Made by a program: the position numbers and the translations under genes
The notes under the pieces: model-generated
Seen by the model: the letters and a program-made list of their open reading frames with translations, nothing else
What the model was told of the DNA's origin: nothing
Database searches by the model: none
Part shown: positions 7,237 to 15,736 of the stretch, piece by piece
Layout of the letters: each line of letters starts with the position of its first letter
Numbering within the stretch: the stretch's first letter is position 1
DNA from: Schaalia odontolytica
GTDB lineage: Bacteria > Actinomycetota > Actinomycetes > Actinomycetales > Actinomycetaceae
Assembly (NCBI RefSeq): GCF_005696695.1
Contig: NZ_CP040006.1
Coordinates: 1,350,001 to 1,382,000 of the forward strand
DNA: 32,000 bases
Direction: 5' to 3'

Positions 7237-7309
7237 AGCGGATGACGGGACTCGAACCCGCGACCCTCACCTTGGCAAGGTGATGCTCTACCAACTGAGC
7301 CACATCCGC
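7237..7309 (-). tRNA. tRNA-Gly (anticodon GCC), copy 1
   Basis: The reverse complement is GCGGATGTGGCTCAGTTGGTAGAGCATCACCTTGCCAAGGTGAGGGTCGCGGGTTCGAGTCCCGTCATCCGCT, with anticodon loop TTGCCAA. Confidence 0.93.
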
Positions 7310-7365
7310 GTGAACCGCTTGTGCGGCTGGGCTATAGCCCGCCAATCCTGTTTCCAGGATGACCG

Positions 7366-7437
7366 TGGGCGATACTGGGATCGAACCAGTGACCTCTTCC
7401 GTGTCAGGGAAGCGCGCTCCCGCTGCGCCAATCGCCC
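7366..7437 (-). tRNA. tRNA-Val (anticodon GAC)
   Basis: The reverse complement is GGGCGATTGGCGCAGCGGGAGCGCGCTTCCCTGACACGGAAGAGGTCACTGGTTCGATCCCAGTATCGCCCA, with anticodon loop CTGACAC. No CCA is encoded. Confidence 0.93.
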
Positions 7438-7438
7438 G

Positions 7439-7511
7439 AGCGGATGACGGGACTCGAACCCGCGACCCTCACCTTGGCAAGGTGATGCTCTACCAACTGA
7501 GCCACATCCGC
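7439..7511 (-). tRNA. tRNA-Gly (anticodon GCC), copy 2, identical to 7237-7309
   Basis: Same 73-nt sequence as copy 1. It is the first gene of the cluster in the direction of transcription. Confidence 0.93.
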
Positions 7512-7665
7512 GTTTCTCAGAACGTTAACCGTTCTTCGCAACGGGTAAAACCTTAACAGAAGATCTGGCCAGAACGCAAAACCAAAGCCCCGTTATCCAA
7601 GTCACACGCCTATTTCCGGGCGGATTATCGCCCAATCGATACACATTCGTGCGAGGCTTGTCGGT

Positions 7666-9777
7666 ATGGAAACGCGACCTGGCAAGGCCTACCCCCTGGG
7701 TGCCACCTTTGACGGAACCGGAACGAACTTCGCGATCTACTCCTCGGTCGCAACGTCTGTGACGCTGTGCCTCTTGGACGATGACCTCAACGAAATGCGC
7801 ATCCCCATGACGGAAGTCGATGCCTACGTGTGGCACGTCTATGTCCCACAGGTGCGCGCCGGCCAGCGTTACGGCTACCGCATCGACGGCCCCTGGGATC
7901 CCCAGAACGGTTTGCGTTGCGACCCTGCGAAGCTCCTTCTTGACCCTTACGCGAAGGCGATCGAGGGCCAGCTGAAGGATTCTCTCGACCTCCTCTCCTA
8001 TCAGGCCGACGATCCCCTCACACTCAAGGGCGGCGATTCCGCCGACGCGACAATGCACTCCGTCGTCGTCAACCCCTTCTTCGACTGGGAGGGGGACCGC
8101 AGCCCGGGACACGACTACTCCGAGTCGATCATCTACGAGGCCCACATCAAGGGCATGACGATGCGCCACCCAGAGATCCCGGAGGAGCTGCGCGGCACCT
8201 ACGCAGGCATGGCGCACCCGGCGATTATCGAGCACCTGACGAAGCTCGGCATCACCACGGTCGAGCTCATGCCGATCCAGCAGTTCACGAACGATACGAC
8301 GCTGCAGGCCAAGGGATTGTCGAACTACTGGGGCTACAACACGATCGGCTACTTCGCCCCGCACAACGCATACGCGGCTACGAAGGACCCCGGCGCACAG
8401 GTCTCTGAGTTCAAGGCAATGGTGAAGGCCCTGCACGCCGCTAACATCGAGGTCATCCTCGACGTCGTCTACAACCACACGGCAGAGGGCAACCACATGG
8501 GCCCAACCCTCTCTTTCCGCGGCATCGACAATCCCTCCTACTACCGCCTCGTCGACGGGGATCGTCAGCACTACTTCGACACGACGGGCACGGGCAACTC
8601 CCTCCTCATGAGCTCTCCTCAGGTCCTGCAGCTCATCATGGACTCGCTGCGCTACTGGGTCACGGAGATGCATGTGGACGGCTTCCGCTTCGACTTGGCC
8701 TCCACTCTGGCCCGCCAGTTCGCCGAGGTCGACCGGCTGTCCGCATTCTTCGACCTCATCCACCAGGACCCCGTGGTCTCGCAGGTCAAGCTCATCGCGG
8801 AGCCGTGGGACGTGGGTGCGGACGGCTACCAGGTTGGCGGCTTCCCTCCCCTGTGGTCCGAATGGAATGGCAGGTACCGCGACACGGTGCGCGATTTCTG
8901 GCGCGGCGAGTTCTCCTCGCTCCCTGACTTTGCTTCCCGCCTGGCCGGCTCCTCCGACCTCTACGGGACGACCGGCCGCAAGCCCATGGCGTCCATCAAC
9001 TTCGTCATCGCCCACGACGGCTTCACCCTGCGCGATCTCGTGTCCTACAACGAGAAGCACAACGAGGCGAACCTCGAGGGTGGGGCGGACGGCGCGAACG
9101 ACAACCGTTCGTGGAACTGCGGCGTCGAGGGCGACACGGATGACGAGGAGATCATCGAGCTGCGCTACCGTCAGCAGCGCAACTTCCTGACGACCCTCAT
9201 GTTTTCCCAGGGCGTGCCGATGATCGCCCACGGCGACGAGCTTGGCCGCACCCAGCGGGGCAACAACAACGTGTACTGCCAGGACAATGAGCTCTCGTGG
9301 ATCAACTGGGATTTGAATGAGCACGACTACAAACTCCTGCGTTTCACCCGCCATCTCATCCACCTGCGACGCGATCACCCGGTGATGCGCCGCCGCCGTT
9401 TCCTGGAGGGTCCCGCGCAGCGCGGCGGTGAGTCCGAGCTCGGCGAGATCGAATGGTTCACCCCGGCGGGCACGCACATGACGGAAGAGGAATGGAACCA
9501 GCCGTGGGCTCGCTCGACGATGGTCTTCTACAACGGCGACGCCATCCGCGAGCCTGACGCGAACGGTCGCCGCATCCTCGACGACGATTTCCTACTGCTG
9601 CTCAACGCCGCTCCGGAACCCGTCGACTTCACGCTCCCTGACGCGAAGTATGGGCACATCTGGCACACCGTCGTCGACACGGCGGGCGACGATGATCGCG
9701 ACGAGTACCACTCGGGCGACATCGTGCGCGTCGGACCACGTACCTCGTTCATCCTGCGCAACCCGCGCGGCCTGTAG
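7666..9777 (+). CDS. glgX: Glycogen debranching enzyme GlgX (GH13), 703 aa
   Basis: N-terminus METRPGKAYPLGATFDGTGTNFAIYS. GH13 regions VILDVVYNHT, DGFRFDLAS, EPWD and FVIAHDGFTLRD are present. The overall length is typical of GlgX. Confidence 0.95.
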   Translation: METRPGKAYPLGATFDGTGTNFAIYSSVATSVTLCLLDDDLNEMRIPMTEVDAYVWHVYVPQVRAGQRYGYRIDGPWDPQNGLRCDPAKLLLDPYAKAIEGQLKDSLDLLSYQADDPLTLKGGDSADATMHSVVVNPFFDWEGDRSPGHDYSESIIYEAHIKGMTMRHPEIPEELRGTYAGMAHPAIIEHLTKLGITTVELMPIQQFTNDTTLQAKGLSNYWGYNTIGYFAPHNAYAATKDPGAQVSEFKAMVKALHAANIEVILDVVYNHTAEGNHMGPTLSFRGIDNPSYYRLVDGDRQHYFDTTGTGNSLLMSSPQVLQLIMDSLRYWVTEMHVDGFRFDLASTLARQFAEVDRLSAFFDLIHQDPVVSQVKLIAEPWDVGADGYQVGGFPPLWSEWNGRYRDTVRDFWRGEFSSLPDFASRLAGSSDLYGTTGRKPMASINFVIAHDGFTLRDLVSYNEKHNEANLEGGADGANDNRSWNCGVEGDTDDEEIIELRYRQQRNFLTTLMFSQGVPMIAHGDELGRTQRGNNNVYCQDNELSWINWDLNEHDYKLLRFTRHLIHLRRDHPVMRRRRFLEGPAQRGGESELGEIEWFTPAGTHMTEEEWNQPWARSTMVFYNGDAIREPDANGRRILDDDFLLLLNAAPEPVDFTLPDAKYGHIWHTVVDTAGDDDRDEYHSGDIVRVGPRTSFILRNPRGL

Positions 9778-9889
9778 TCCCCGGAGCGACATCGACCGAG
9801 ACAAGGCACGCGTACCCGCTACTTATCGACCTGAAGGTTGGCGGCGCGTCTAGACCAAAAGGCGCATGGACACCCGTACGATTTGATTT

Positions 9890-10444
9890 GTGAATGAAAA
9901 CGCGGTGCCCGAGGAGTTTATGCGGGCTCTGCTGTCCCTGCGGCAGGCGGACCACCTGGCGCACATACTCCTCGAGGAGGTTCCCCCACCTCGTCGTTTG
10001 GCACCCTTCACGGCGGCGCTCGCGATGCGGACCACGGACGAGGACGAGGCCGGACAGCCCCTGTCGACTGGTCGCATGGTCATCCTCCACGACCCCGTGG
10101 AGCAGATCGGCTGGAACGGCACGTTCCGAGTCGTCTGTCAGTTGCGTGCGCAAGTCGATGCCGAGATGATCGGCGACCCGCTGCTGTCGGAGGGCGTGTG
10201 GGGCTGGATGCTCGATTGCCTGGAGACTGCGGGAGCCGGATTCCATGACATCACGGGCACGGTGACGCGCGAAATGAGCGAGGCCTTCGGCGGTCTTGAA
10301 CTGCGAGGATCATCTCTGTTCGTCGATGTGCGCGCCTCGTGGACGCCCAACAGTGAGTATCTTGGTGAGCATCTGTCCGGCTGGGCGGATGTCATGCGTC
10401 GGACGGCAGGGATCATGCCTGCCCGTCATCTCGAAGGAGTCTGA
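9890..10444 (+). CDS. DUF3000-family protein (Rv2680-like), 184 aa
   Basis: The conserved position immediately upstream of the RNase D-like gene matches the family. So does the block EEVPPPRRLAPFTAALAMRT...GRMVILHDP, as I recall it. The GTG start is uncertain. Confidence 0.7.
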   Translation: MNENAVPEEFMRALLSLRQADHLAHILLEEVPPPRRLAPFTAALAMRTTDEDEAGQPLSTGRMVILHDPVEQIGWNGTFRVVCQLRAQVDAEMIGDPLLSEGVWGWMLDCLETAGAGFHDITGTVTREMSEAFGGLELRGSSLFVDVRASWTPNSEYLGEHLSGWADVMRRTAGIMPARHLEGV

Positions 10445-11689
10445 GTGCTGGTCAACAATGGCGGCGGTTTGCCGCAGGGCGATACGGATAATCCGGAGCT
10501 CATTGCGCAGCCGCGTGGGGGGACCCCCTCCGTCATTGATACTCAGAAAGATCTTGAGGCTGCGGCTCGCGCGCTGAGTGCTGGCTCAAGCCCAATCGCC
10601 CTGGATGTCGAGCGCGCTCAGGGCTTCCGCTACGGCTCCGATCCTTACCTCGTGCAGATTCGCCGCGAGGACGTGGGCACGTTCCTCATCGACACGCACG
10701 CGCTGCCGGACCTGTCCGTGCTGCAGCCGGGAGTGGAGGACGTGTGGCTGCTGCACGATTGTTTGCAGGATCTGCCGAATCTGCGCCAGGTTGGACTGCG
10801 CCCCTCAGCCCTGTTCGACACGGAGATCGCAGCGCGCCTCATCGGCCTGGAGCGTTTCGGGCTGGCGGCCGTCGCTGAGCAGGTGCTTGGCCTGGGCCTC
10901 GTCAAGGATCATCAGGCCTCGGACTGGTCGGTGCGTCCCCTGCCGAAGGAGTGGCTGCGCTACGCAGCCCTCGACGTCGAACTGTTGACGGAGCTCTACT
11001 ATCGGCTCTCGAAGCGGCTCGATGAGATGGGCCGTTGGGAGTGGGCGCAGCAGGAGTTCACCTACGCCTTGTCGGTCACCCCTCCCGGTCCGAAGCCCGA
11101 TCGCTGGCGTTCTGTGCCCGGCGCGGGCAAGATCCGTTCTCGCCGCGGCCTCGCGGTTTTGAAGGCCCTGTGGGAGACGCGCGAGTCGATCGCTCAGCGC
11201 ATCGACCTCAGCCCCGGTCGCCTCGTGCGTAACGCCGCCCTCGTGCGCGCGGCCTCGAATCCTCCGCGTAACAAGCGCGCGCTCATGAGCATCAGCGAGT
11301 TCCGCTCCCCCGTCGCCCGCCAGTACGAGGACGAGTGGATGCGAGCCCTCGCCAGCGTGGCCGCCATGACGGAGGACGAGCTGCCTCCCAAACGCAAGCC
11401 CGTGCAGCCCGGGTCGATCCCGGAACCGCGCCACTGGAATCGGATTGACGAGGCCTCGGCCGCGCGCCTGGGAACGGTGCGTAATGCGGTCGCTTCAGTC
11501 GCGTCGAGTCTCGGTCTGGCACCCGAGGTCGTGCTCGCTCCCCAGGTGCAGCGCTATATCGCGTGGGCTCCCCTGGATCCGTCGCGCCCTTCGGGTGATG
11601 AGGTCGAGGAGCGTATGGTCAATCGCGGTGCGCGCGACTGGCAGATCGATCTGACGCTCGACCCGATCTGCGACGCGCTCGGCGTCTGA
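10445..11689 (+). CDS. rnd: Ribonuclease D-like 3'-5' exonuclease with HRDC domain (Rv2681-like), 414 aa
   Basis: DEDD exonuclease blocks (IALDVERAQGFRY, LLHDCLQDL, YAALDVELL) and a C-terminal HRDC-like region. The GTG start abuts the upstream stop. Confidence 0.85.
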   Translation: MLVNNGGGLPQGDTDNPELIAQPRGGTPSVIDTQKDLEAAARALSAGSSPIALDVERAQGFRYGSDPYLVQIRREDVGTFLIDTHALPDLSVLQPGVEDVWLLHDCLQDLPNLRQVGLRPSALFDTEIAARLIGLERFGLAAVAEQVLGLGLVKDHQASDWSVRPLPKEWLRYAALDVELLTELYYRLSKRLDEMGRWEWAQQEFTYALSVTPPGPKPDRWRSVPGAGKIRSRRGLAVLKALWETRESIAQRIDLSPGRLVRNAALVRAASNPPRNKRALMSISEFRSPVARQYEDEWMRALASVAAMTEDELPPKRKPVQPGSIPEPRHWNRIDEASAARLGTVRNAVASVASSLGLAPEVVLAPQVQRYIAWAPLDPSRPSGDEVEERMVNRGARDWQIDLTLDPICDALGV

Positions 11690-11699
11690 TTCGAATGAT

Positions 11700-13601
11700 C
11701 TAGCGCTCGCCGATTCGCTCGACGAGCTCGCGGGCCGTGCGTTCGATGCCGTCGGCGTCGAAGCCGAACTGGGCGATCATGGCCGCGCGGTCGCCGTGCT
11801 CGGGGAATCCCTGCGGCACGCCCAGGCAACGCACGGGAACACCCGTCTCCGCGACCGCGTCGCGCAGCGACCAGCCGAAACCGCCCTGGACGATACCGTC
11901 CTCGACGCTCACGACGCAGTCGTAGTCCCGCACCAGCGTCGCCAGATCCGGGCAGATAGGGATCATCCACTGCGGGTCCGCAACAGTGACGCTGACTCCG
12001 TCAGCAGCCAGGCGGCGCGCGGCCTCGATCGCGTCGGGCGCGCACGCGCCAGTACCCACGATGAGCACCCGAGCGGATGAATCAGCCACTGCCTCGTCGA
12101 AGAGGATGTCCACTCCCCCGACGCTGCGGAGCGCCGGCATGGGCTCGGGCAGCGATCCCTTGCGGTACCGGATGACAGTGGGAGCATCATCGACGTCGAG
12201 CGCCTCACGAAGGCGTGCGCGCAGCGTCTGTTCGTCGCGGGGAGCCGCCAGACGCAGGCCAGGGATCATCGAGCACATCGCGATGTCCCAGACGCCGTTA
12301 TGCGAGGCGCCGTCCGCGCCCGTCACGCCCGCGCGGTCCAGCACGAAAGTGACGCCCGCACGGTGGAGGGCGACGTCCATGAGAAGCTGGTCGAAGCCTC
12401 GGTTCAGGAAGGTCGCGTAGAGCGCCACGACTGGGTGAGCGCCCTGGTAGGCCATGCCGGCGGCGGAGGCGACGGCCTCGGCCTCGGCGATGCCAACGTC
12501 GATCACGCGACCCGGGTATGCCTCGTGCATGGGGCCAAGGCCCACGGGACGCATCATCGCGGCCGTAATGCCGACGATGTCATCGCGCGTGGCGGCTTGA
12601 GCGCAGATCTCGTCGGCGAAGACTCCCGTCCAACCGAAGCGCTCGGGGGCGACCGGGAGCCCGGTCTCGGGGTGAATCGGGCCGACCGCGTGGAAACGGT
12701 CAGCGATGTCCTCCTCGGCCGGCGTGTAGCCGCGGCCCTTTTCGGTGATCATGTGGACGAGGACCGGCTCGTCGAGGGAGCGACCGCGGCGCAGAGCGGT
12801 CTCGACCGCCGCGATGTCGTGGCCGTTCACGGGGCCGATGTACTTCAGGCCCAAGTCTTCGAACATGACCTGGGGCATCAGCGCGTCCTTGATGCCCGAT
12901 TTCAGGCCGTGCAGCGCATCGTAGGCCGCACGTCCCGGCATGCCGTGGCTCAGCAGGTGCTGTTTGCCCCACGCCAGGGCCTTCTCGTATCTGGCGGAGG
13001 TGCGCAGCGCATCCAGGTGAGCCGCGAGACCGCCGATCGTCGGCGCATAGGAACGACCGTTGTCGTTGACGATGATCATGATGCGGCGGTTTTTCGCCGT
13101 CGCAATGTTGTTCAGCGCCTCCCAGGCGAGGCCACCCGTCAGCGCGCCGTCGCCGATGACACCCACGGTCCACGTGCGATCCCCCTGGCGGTGCTTCTCG
13201 CGGGAGATGCCATCCACCCACGCGATCGACGCCGACGCGTGCGAGGACTCGACGACGTCGTGCTCAGACTCACCGCGCGACGGGTAGCCGGACAGGCCTC
13301 CCGGGCAACGCAGCGACGAGAAATCTTGACGTCCGGTGAGGAGCTTATGCACGTACGCCTGGTGGCCGGTGTCAAAAATGATCGTGTCCTGCGGGGAGCG
13401 GAACACCCGGTGCAGGCCGATCGTCAGCTCGACGACGCCCAGGTTCGGGCCCAGGTGCCCACCCGTGCGCGACACGTTGTCAATCAGGAACGCGCGAATT
13501 TCCGCCGCCAATTCGTCCAGCTGCTCGCGTTCCAGGCGACGCAGCTCCCGCGGTGCGCTGCAGCGCGACAGCAGGTCGCGTGACTCTCGTGTTCCAGACA
13601 T
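11700..13601 (-). CDS. dxs: 1-deoxy-D-xylulose-5-phosphate synthase, 633 aa
   Basis: GHLGPNLGVVELTIGLH, DTGHQAYVHKLLTGR, and the TPP motif IGDGALTGGLAWEALNN. Full-length Dxs architecture. Confidence 0.96.
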   Translation of the reverse strand: MSGTRESRDLLSRCSAPRELRRLEREQLDELAAEIRAFLIDNVSRTGGHLGPNLGVVELTIGLHRVFRSPQDTIIFDTGHQAYVHKLLTGRQDFSSLRCPGGLSGYPSRGESEHDVVESSHASASIAWVDGISREKHRQGDRTWTVGVIGDGALTGGLAWEALNNIATAKNRRIMIIVNDNGRSYAPTIGGLAAHLDALRTSARYEKALAWGKQHLLSHGMPGRAAYDALHGLKSGIKDALMPQVMFEDLGLKYIGPVNGHDIAAVETALRRGRSLDEPVLVHMITEKGRGYTPAEEDIADRFHAVGPIHPETGLPVAPERFGWTGVFADEICAQAATRDDIVGITAAMMRPVGLGPMHEAYPGRVIDVGIAEAEAVASAAGMAYQGAHPVVALYATFLNRGFDQLLMDVALHRAGVTFVLDRAGVTGADGASHNGVWDIAMCSMIPGLRLAAPRDEQTLRARLREALDVDDAPTVIRYRKGSLPEPMPALRSVGGVDILFDEAVADSSARVLIVGTGACAPDAIEAARRLAADGVSVTVADPQWMIPICPDLATLVRDYDCVVSVEDGIVQGGFGWSLRDAVAETGVPVRCLGVPQGFPEHGDRAAMIAQFGFDADGIERTARELVERIGER

Positions 13602-13735
13602 GAGAACCAGTGTAGTTGCCGAAGCGTCTCATCTACAGATCAAAGTGCATGTCAGGTACGTTCGACCCGCGCAGGCGACAAGCGCGCGCACTAAGATAGG
13701 TGGTGTTGGCTCGCCGTACCGCTTAAGGAGGCACT

Positions 13736-15736
13736 ATGTCCGTCACCGTCGCACCCCACGGCCTGTGGAAGTCCCCCATTTCGGGCGATTCTTTCACTGC
13801 CCGTTCGGTCACGCTCTCCCAGGTTCGCGTCGACGGACCCGACACCTACTGGGTGGAAGGACATCCGCGCCAGGGCGGACGTGGGACGCTGCTGCGCCGT
13901 CGCGCTACGGGGGAAACGGGCGAGGTTCTGCCTCTCATCGACGGTTCCCGCCTGCCCGATGTCGGCACGCGGGTGCACGAGTACGGCGGCAAGGCATACG
14001 CCGTTCACCACGGCGTCATCGTGTTCTCCGATCAGACCGACGGCCGTGTCTACGCCTTTGATACGGCCGATCCGCGCCGCGTCGTGCGGCCCCTGACGAC
14101 CCTGTCGAAGGTCCGCTACGGTGACTTCTGGATCGCCGACGTGCGCGACCTCGTGTACGCGGTGGCCGAGGACCACTCTGCCCCGGGCGAGCCCGTCAAC
14201 AAGATTGTCGCTATTCCTCTCGATGGCTCCGCGGCCCGCGACGACAGCGCGATCATCACGGTGTTTGAGGGTACGGACTTCGCTCAGGCGCCGACCGTCT
14301 CCCCCGACGGCACGAAGATCGCCTGGATCACGTGGGACCACCCGAACATGCCGTGGACATACTCTCAGCTGCGCGTCGCGTCCCTGACCTTCGAGGGCAC
14401 CATCGATCAGGAGGTCATCCTGGTGGATCGCCCGGGCGTGTGCGTCTACGAGCCGCGCTGGACGCTCGACGGCGATCTCATCCACGTGGATGACTCCTCC
14501 GGCTGGGCAAACCTGTACCGCACCCAGGGCTTCGTGTGGCAGGAAGGCGAGGACCCGAACGCCTGGACCTCGCGTCTGCGCACTCGCGCGCTGCACCCGG
14601 GACCTCACGCATTCTCGCACCCGCACTGGCAGCTGGGTCTGCACTCCTACGACAACTACGACAACGACTACCTCGTGTGCTCGTGGGCCGAGGACCAGGT
14701 CTGGCACATCGGCACCGTGCGCATCGACAACGGCATGGCCGAGGAGTGGGCGACCGGTTGGTGGCCGATCGGTAACGTCGCCGCTGCGGACGGCCGCGTC
14801 GTGTTCCTCGCGGATTCCGCGACGCACACTCCTGCGATCATCGAGGTGTCGCGCGGCAAGACCAAGGTGCTGCGTCCCTCGTCGGAGGCCGAGGTGCCCA
14901 CCGCCCTCGTCTCCACGGCTGAGATGCTCACCTGGAAGACCTCGGACGGCGAGGAGGCTCACGGCTTCTACTACGCGCCCGTGAACCCCGAGTTCGCCGC
15001 CCCCGAGGGCGAGCTGCCCCCGCTCATCGTCAACGTGCACGGCGGACCGACTGAAGCGGCCCGCCCCGGCCTGCAGGTTCCCTTCCAGTACTGGACCAGC
15101 CGCGGCTTTGCGGTTCTGGACGTGAACTTCCGCGGGTCGACGTCCTTCGGCCGTCCCTACCGTGAGCGCATCAACGGCAACTGGGGCGTCATGGACGTTC
15201 AGGACTGCGTCGACGGCGCTCAGTACCTCATCGATCTGGGCCGCGTCGACCCGAAGCGAATCGCGATCCGTGGTCGTTCTTCCGGTGGCTTCACCGTGCT
15301 CAACGCGCTTGCGTCCTCCGATGTGTTCACTGCTGGCGCGTCGTTCTCGGGCATCGCAGACCTGGTGAAGCTGAAGGAAACCAGCCACAAGTTCGAGTCG
15401 CACTACGACGGAATTCTGCTCGGCACCGATGACACCTCAGACCCGGTGTGGGCGCAGCGCTCGCCCATCAACCGTGTCGGTGAGATTAAGGCGCCGCTCA
15501 TGCTCCTGCAGGGCACCGACGACCCGGTCGTTCCCGCCTCGCAGGCCCAAGAGATGTACGAGGCACTGCGTGCCAACGGTAACGCGGTCGCCCTCAAGCT
15601 CTACCAGGGAGAGGGACACCTCTTCCGCTCGGCCATCAACATCAAGGATGCGTGGCAGTCGGAGCTGGCCTTCTACAGGACCGTCTGGGGCATCGCCACC
15701 GACGCCCCCATTCACGTGGAGATCGCAAACCTGTGA
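13736..15736 (+). CDS. S9 family serine peptidase (prolyl oligopeptidase / acylaminoacyl-peptidase-like), 666 aa
   Basis: An N-terminal beta-propeller-like region and a C-terminal alpha/beta hydrolase with the nucleophile elbow GRSSGGF, Asp in LLQGTDDPVVP and His in GEGHLF. AAGGAGG lies 6 nt upstream of the ATG. Confidence 0.88.
   Translation: MSVTVAPHGLWKSPISGDSFTARSVTLSQVRVDGPDTYWVEGHPRQGGRGTLLRRRATGETGEVLPLIDGSRLPDVGTRVHEYGGKAYAVHHGVIVFSDQTDGRVYAFDTADPRRVVRPLTTLSKVRYGDFWIADVRDLVYAVAEDHSAPGEPVNKIVAIPLDGSAARDDSAIITVFEGTDFAQAPTVSPDGTKIAWITWDHPNMPWTYSQLRVASLTFEGTIDQEVILVDRPGVCVYEPRWTLDGDLIHVDDSSGWANLYRTQGFVWQEGEDPNAWTSRLRTRALHPGPHAFSHPHWQLGLHSYDNYDNDYLVCSWAEDQVWHIGTVRIDNGMAEEWATGWWPIGNVAAADGRVVFLADSATHTPAIIEVSRGKTKVLRPSSEAEVPTALVSTAEMLTWKTSDGEEAHGFYYAPVNPEFAAPEGELPPLIVNVHGGPTEAARPGLQVPFQYWTSRGFAVLDVNFRGSTSFGRPYRERINGNWGVMDVQDCVDGAQYLIDLGRVDPKRIAIRGRSSGGFTVLNALASSDVFTAGASFSGIADLVKLKETSHKFESHYDGILLGTDDTSDPVWAQRSPINRVGEIKAPLMLLQGTDDPVVPASQAQEMYEALRANGNAVALKLYQGEGHLFRSAINIKDAWQSELAFYRTVWGIATDAPIHVEIANL

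Noticed and set aside
6736-7556. ORFs of 65-156 aa across 6736-7556
   Set aside because: They overlap the five tRNA genes. Their apparent conservation (repeated DDGTRTRDPHLGKVMLYQLSHIR) is simply the duplicated tRNA-Gly sequence translated.
7525-9477. 650-aa ORF antisense to glgX. Similar long antisense or off-frame ORFs lie at 1142-2245, 3577-5520, 12300-13583, 13691-15403, 15747-16673, 18090-19184, 19136-20173, 21667-22719, 26373-27617, 27203-29383, 28915-29853 and 30217-31245.
   Set aside because: They lie opposite to, or out of frame with, genes that carry clear family motifs. Their translations are Arg/Gly/Val/Asp/His-rich with no recognisable motifs, which is the usual stop-codon-poor shadow-ORF artefact of high-GC DNA.
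15652-15732. Upstream start for the ClC channel gene
   Set aside because: It would overlap the S9 peptidase by 85 nt and add an Arg/His-rich leader. The GTG at 15733 forms a GTGA stop-start junction and immediately precedes the first TM region.
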